Origin: Callorhinchus milii
Taxonomy: Eukaryota
Assembly: GCF_018977255.1 (NCBI RefSeq)
Contig: NW_024704743.1
Location: 80,726,001-80,790,000 of the forward strand
Direction: 5' to 3'
Length of the DNA: 64,000 nt
Under the pieces are notes generated by a model. That model ran no database searches and was not told the DNA's origin. It saw only the letters and a program-made list of their open reading frames with translations. The translations under genes were made by a program, and so were the position numbers. This document shows, one piece after another, positions 42,471 through 64,000 of the stretch (position 1 is the stretch's first letter; each line of letters opens with the position of its first letter).

Positions 42471-44336
42471 CCACCAACCGGCTCCTCTGCGCTCCCCGCC
42501 AGGTCTCGCCGATTCTTTCCTCTGATTCTCTGTGCAAGAAAAAGCTGGACTTCCTTGAATCCAAAGTTGAGGGAATCCGCTCAGCTGCCACTGCCCCCCA
42601 CCCCCCAACTTCCACCCCCTCCCTATCCCCACCCCGCACTCCGACAATTACCCATCCCTCCTTCCACACCTTTGAACTGTCAACCCCTCCTCTGCCTTCA
42701 CCACCATATCCTCCGTGCAGCCCACCACCTGCTCCCTGGACCCCATCCCTCTCCTTAAATCCCAGCTCCACCTCCTTTCCCCACTACTCACCAACATCAT
42801 CAACCTCTCCCTGTCATCAGGCACTGTTCCTTCCCCCCCCTCAAAACAGCCATTATCACCCCCACCTTGAAGAAACGTTCCCTTGACCCATCAGAGCTAT
42901 CCAGCAATCAGTCCATCTCAAACCTCCCCTTCCTATCCAAAGTCCTTGAGAGAGCCATTGCCTCCCAGCTTCGCTCTTTCCTCTCCTCTCACTCCCCCCC
43001 TCCAATTGGGTTTCCGTGCTGCCCACAGCATGGAAACTGCTCTGGTCAAGGTCACAAATGACATCCTGACCATGTGTGTCCAGGGTTCCGTCTGTCTCCT
43101 CGTCCTCCTCGACCTCTCCACTGCCTTCGACACTGTCGACCACTTAATCCTCCTCCACCGCCTCTCCTCCCAGCTCAACCTTCAAGGTTCTGTCCTGGAC
43201 TGGTTCAGGTTCTACCTTTCACACTGCCTCCACTTTGTCGCGGCAAACAGTTTCTGCTCCAGCCCCCACACCGTCTTGTGCGGTGTTCCTCAGGGTTCTG
43301 TCCTCAGTCCCCTCCTCTTCACCCTCTACATACTCCCCCTTGGTGACAAAATCTGCAGACATGGGATAAATTTTCACATGTATGCGGATGACACCCAACT
43401 CTATCTCTCTGCCTCCACCCTGAACTCCAGGACTACTGGCGTCCTGACCGACTGCCTGTCTGACATCAAGTCCTGGACAACTTTCTCCAACTCAACGTCA
43501 GCAAGACCGAAGCCCTCCTTATTGGCTCGAGCACTGCAGCATCAGCCTCCACGGCTGCACACTCAACCTCACTAAGCCAGTCAGGAACCTGGGTATCTTG
43601 TTTGACCCTGAACTGTCTTTTCTCCCCCACATCCGCGCCATGACCGGCACTGCCTACCACCACCTCCGCAATATTGCCAGACTCCGCCACTGCCTCACCC
43701 CTCAGGCTGCCGAAACCCTCACCCATTCATTTGTCACATCAAGGCTCGATTATGGGAAATCCTTCCTCATCGGCCTTCCCAACTCTTCCCTTCACAAGCT
43801 GCAGATCATCCAAAACTCTGCAGCTCGTGTACTCTCACGCACCAGGCTCCGTGACCCCATCACTCCCACCCTCGCCCGACTCCACTGGCTCCCCATCCCC
43901 CAGAGGATCGAGTTCAAGATCCTCGTCCTCACTTTCAAGGCCATCCATGGCCTTGTCCCCTCCTACCTCTCTGACCTGCTGACTCCCTACCAACCTGCCC
44001 GCTCCCTCCGTTCAGTGGGCTCCGGCCCTCTCCATGTCTCCCACCCGACCTGCCCCACCATCGGTGGCCGAGCTTTCAGCCTCTCTGCCCCCACACTCTG
44101 GAACTCCATCCCACAGTCCCTTTGCCTCGCTTCCTCCTTTGCCTCCTTCAAGGCCGGTCTCAAGACCCTTCTCTTCGATTGTGCCTTTGGTTGCCCCCCC
44201 ACTTCTCTGCCTTCCCTCACCCCTACACCACCCCTCTCCCATGCTCGGGCCCCGACACCTGACTGTTCAGTGCTTTGGGACGTCCTCCAGACGTGAAAGG
44301 CGCTCTATAACTGTAATTTTGTTGTTGTTGTTGTTA
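42470..44336 (+). mobile_element. 5'-truncated L2 LINE with RT domain, frameshifted
   Basis: LLDLSTAFDTVDH, GVPQGSVLSPLLF, YADDTQLY motifs; C-terminal TSRLDY...LHWLPIPQRIEFKIL; L2 tail and (TTG)n. Confidence 0.93.
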
Positions 44337-44443
44337 CAATCGGCAACGGAGATAATAAGGATTGAAGAAGTGACAAAAATAAATATGCAAAACATGGAAA
44401 GAGACACAGAAATGGAACTCTAAATGTAATTTTGTTGTTGTTG

Positions 44444-45312
44444 TGACACAGTGAGTGACAGTGACACAGTGAGTGACAATGACAGTGACGCAGTGAATGA
44501 CAGTGAGTGGCAGTGATTGACTCAGTGATAGTGACACAATGAGTGACAGTGACTGACACAATGACAGTGACACAGTGACTGACATAGTGACAGTGACACA
44601 GTGAGTAACAGTGACAGTGACATAGTGAGTGACAGTGAGTGGCAGTGATTGACTCAGTGATAGTGGCACAGTGAGTGGCAGTGACCGACTCAGTGGCAAT
44701 GGCACAGTGAGTGGTAGTGACTGACTCAGTGGCAGTGGCACAGTGAGTGGCAGTGACTGACTCAGTGGCAGTGAGTGGCAGTGACCGACTCAGTGGCAAT
44801 GGCACAGTGAGTGGCAGTGACTGACTCAGTGGCAGTGGCACAGTGAGTGGTAGTGACTGACTCAGTGGCAGTGGCACAGTGAGTGGCAGTGACTGACTCA
44901 GTGGCAGTGAGTGGCAGTGACCAACTCAGTGGCAATGGCACAGTGAGTGGCAGTGACTGACTCAGTGGCAGTGGCACAGTGAGTGGTAGTGACTGACTCA
45001 GTGGCAGTGGCACAGTGAGTGGTAGTGACTGACTCAGTGGCAGTGGCACAGTGAGTGGCAGTGACTGACTCAGTGGCAGTGAGTGGCAGTGACCAACTCA
45101 GTGGCAATGGCACAGTGAGTGGCAGTGACTGACTCAGTGGCAGTGGCACAGTGAGTGGCAGTGACTGACTCAGTGGCAGTGGCACAGTGAGTGGCAGTGA
45201 CTGACTCAGTGGCAGTGGCACAGTGAGTGGCAGTGACTGACTCAGTGGCAGTGGCACAGTGAGTGGCAGTGACTGACTCAGTGGCAGTGGCACAGTGAGT
45301 GGCAGTGACTGA
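44444..45312. repeat. CAGTG-type satellite, right block, homogenised 36-bp unit
   Basis: Unit cagtggcagtggcacagtgagtggcagtgactgact repeated, with periodic shorter variants. Confidence 0.95.
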
Positions 45313-45319
45313 CTCTCTG

Positions 45320-45560
45320 ATCCGCTCTCTGAGCGAGCGACGGGAGACTCTCTGTGACGTCGCATCATACCAGCGGGGGCGGGACTGGCGCCGCGTTCGG
45401 GCCGCTCTGGTTGGCCGAGCCCGGGATAGCGTGAGCTCTGCTCACCCACTCGGCCGCCTCCCGATTGGCCGGGCGGCAGGAGGCGGGGCGGGGCTGCGGC
45501 TGTCTGTGTTCCCTCATTAACATCTCATTTAAATAGAGGGCGGCAGGCGGGGCAGAGGGA
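45320..45560 (+). promoter_or_regulatory. SQLE: CpG-rich SQLE promoter
   Basis: CRE-like TGACGTCG 45355; SRE-like ATCATACCAG 45364 and (G)CTCACCCAC ~45440; GC boxes ~45375 and ~45482; inverted CCAAT (ATTGG) 45464; TATA-like TTTAAATA 45528. Clearest CpG-dense non-repeat segment upstream of the SQLE ATG. Confidence 0.75.
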
Positions 45561-45572
45561 GAGCAGCAGCAG

Positions 45573-45872
45573 CAGCCTGTATCCCAGCCTCCTGTATCCC
45601 AGCCTGGTACAGCACAGCCTCCTGTATCCCAGCCTGGTACAGCACAGCCTCCTGTATCCCAGCCTGGTACAGCACAGCCTCCTGTATCCCAGCCTGGCCA
45701 GCACTGCCCTGCACTGCCTCCTGTATCCCAGCCTGGCCAGCACTGCCCTGCACTGCCTCCTGTATCCCAGCCTGGCACAGCACTGCCCTGCACTGCCTCC
45801 TGTATCCCAGCCTGGCACTGCACTGCCCTGCACTGCCTCCTGTATCCCAGCCTGGCACAGCACTGCACTGCA
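45573..45872 (+). repeat. Minisatellite (30/39/40-bp units) in the probable SQLE 5' UTR
   Basis: cctgtatccc core at 45591, 45621, 45651, 45681, 45720, 45759, 45799, 45839. Confidence 0.93.
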
Positions 45873-46539
45873 CAGAGCAAACAGGTACCATTATACACCA
45901 TCTCGGGCTCCTTTATTTAAAATAAAAATAAATAAGGAAAATCCTCTCAAGCCCTTCCGATTGTGATGCTCCAGAGGACAGTATTTTTAAACGTGGGATT
46001 GAGATGAATTCCTGAAGGGTACCTCTGTGTGGCAGAGAGAGGGGGGGATTAATTGTAGGGGTATTAATAGGGAGGGAGGGGGCAGTGGTGGGGTGGGGGA
46101 GGGGGGTCTGTATAGCTTCTTTATAGCTGGGTAAAGAGAACTGCTATTTACTGTATGTACATCTCTCGCTGTTTGAATGATCTCAGTAACCACCTTGACA
46201 GGATTTTTATTCTCTCTCTCTCGTCTCTGATTCTCTCTTTCTCTCCTCGCAGTGACACGGCGATCGGTTGGGGATAAGTAACGTGAAGAAGATTGTTTTA
46301 AGAAAAAGACGACCGTGGGGTGGTGGGGAGGGGTGGGGGGGGGGGGGGAGGGGGGAGGGCGAACACAGAGAGAACATCTCAGTCAAGAAAGCATAGGAAT
46401 TCATCAAGAAAAAAACTAACGTTTTATTTGGTGCAGTAAAGTAGCTTTTTTTTTAAAAAAAAAGGAAGGTTAGACCCAGTGTTGGAATTTTAGTTCATTT
46501 TAATCGCAGCTCGGTTAAATCTAGGGAAGGATTTGAAAA

Positions 46540-63414
<16,875 letters not shown>

Positions 63415-64000
63415 ATAACCTACAAAATAAGGGCAAGATTACACAAGAACAAAGAAATACAAACAAAACACAGAAAGCCTTTGCAGTTGTCAAACACTTA
63501 CCTCAACTCTGTGTTGAACAAGTCCACACTATTGTTTAATTGATGAGAAAAAATCTAGGTTCCCCTCCTGCATCCAGCCGAGTAACAGATTAGCGCTTTG
63601 GCAAAACATGAAACTTTGTATTGCTGTCACCAAATTATTTAAATGGATTGCCATTTTATAAGAAATTCCCCTTGGGTAACTCACAATATGGTGTGGTTTG
63701 AGTATCCAATCCTGGAATGCACAAGATTTGTGCCTGCTCTGTGCTGAGTTAGACAATCTTAGTTGATACACCAGTTGGGTACTACAATCATCCTCAATCT
63801 CCCCCTGAATATGGAGGAGGGAAAAAATCAGTCAAGATTCCCACTCTTAATCATTCTCCCTAAGGGTAGGACTGGTCTCGATTGTGATAACATCCCACCT
63901 GTAATGGACAAAAAGGATACCAACAATCCATTGTGTGTGTAGGGTCACACATGAAGAATGATTGATTGGGCAATAGCGTGGGTCAGGAGAGGGGAAAATT

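Noticed and set aside
42883..44296. RT-containing ORFs as an active retroelement or host gene
   Set aside because: 5'-truncated L2 with frameshifts and no endonuclease domain.
41570..45312. Dozens of CACAGTG heptamers suggesting V(D)J recombination signals
   Set aside because: Part of the satellite unit; no ACAAAAACC-like nonamer at 12/23 spacing and no Ig/TCR segments.
39400..45320. NSMCE2 exons expected upstream of WASHC5
   Set aside because: No recognisable NSMCE2 coding sequence; the interval is mostly satellite, L2 and SINE sequence.
41554..45449. Ser/Leu/Thr/Val- or His/Cys-repeat ORFs
   Set aside because: Translations of the CAGTGA satellite in multiple frames; no splice or homology support.
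44690..45872. Regularly spaced 30-40-bp repeats resembling a CRISPR array
   Set aside because: Head-to-tail tandem repeats without unique spacers, no cas genes, vertebrate context.

Overview
Eukaryotic (vertebrate) genomic DNA, most likely a cartilaginous fish (inferred from the tRNA/Deu-type SINEs, L2 and CR1 LINEs and an LF-SINE-like element). It holds two complete multi-exon genes, both reconstructed by hand with phase-consistent splice sites. WASHC5 (strumpellin/KIAA0196) is on the minus strand: 28 coding exons, 39313->7824, 3483 nt, 1160 aa, one GC-AG intron. SQLE (squalene epoxidase) is on the plus strand: 11 coding exons, 46540->63414, 1722 nt, 573 aa. The two genes are head-to-head, whereas in human they are tail-to-tail and WASHC5 shares its promoter with NSMCE2. 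Between them lie a CAGTGA-type satellite rich in TGACTCA sites, an L2 fragment, and a CpG-rich SQLE promoter with SRE/CCAAT/GC-box/CRE-like motifs. Downstream of WASHC5 are a decayed LTR retroelement (LTR, tRNA-Arg-type PBS, gag, integrase) and a 2.6-kb polypurine tract. Best second-look items: the gene-order rearrangement, the ERV-like element with gag followed directly by integrase, a candidate 21-nt WASHC5 microexon, a 112-bp inverted templated insertion in SQLE intron 4, and a SINE-derived in-frame cryptic acceptor at SQLE exon 5. I found no convincing novel multi-gene system. Repeat boundaries are approximate and repeat family names come from recalled motifs, not database searches.
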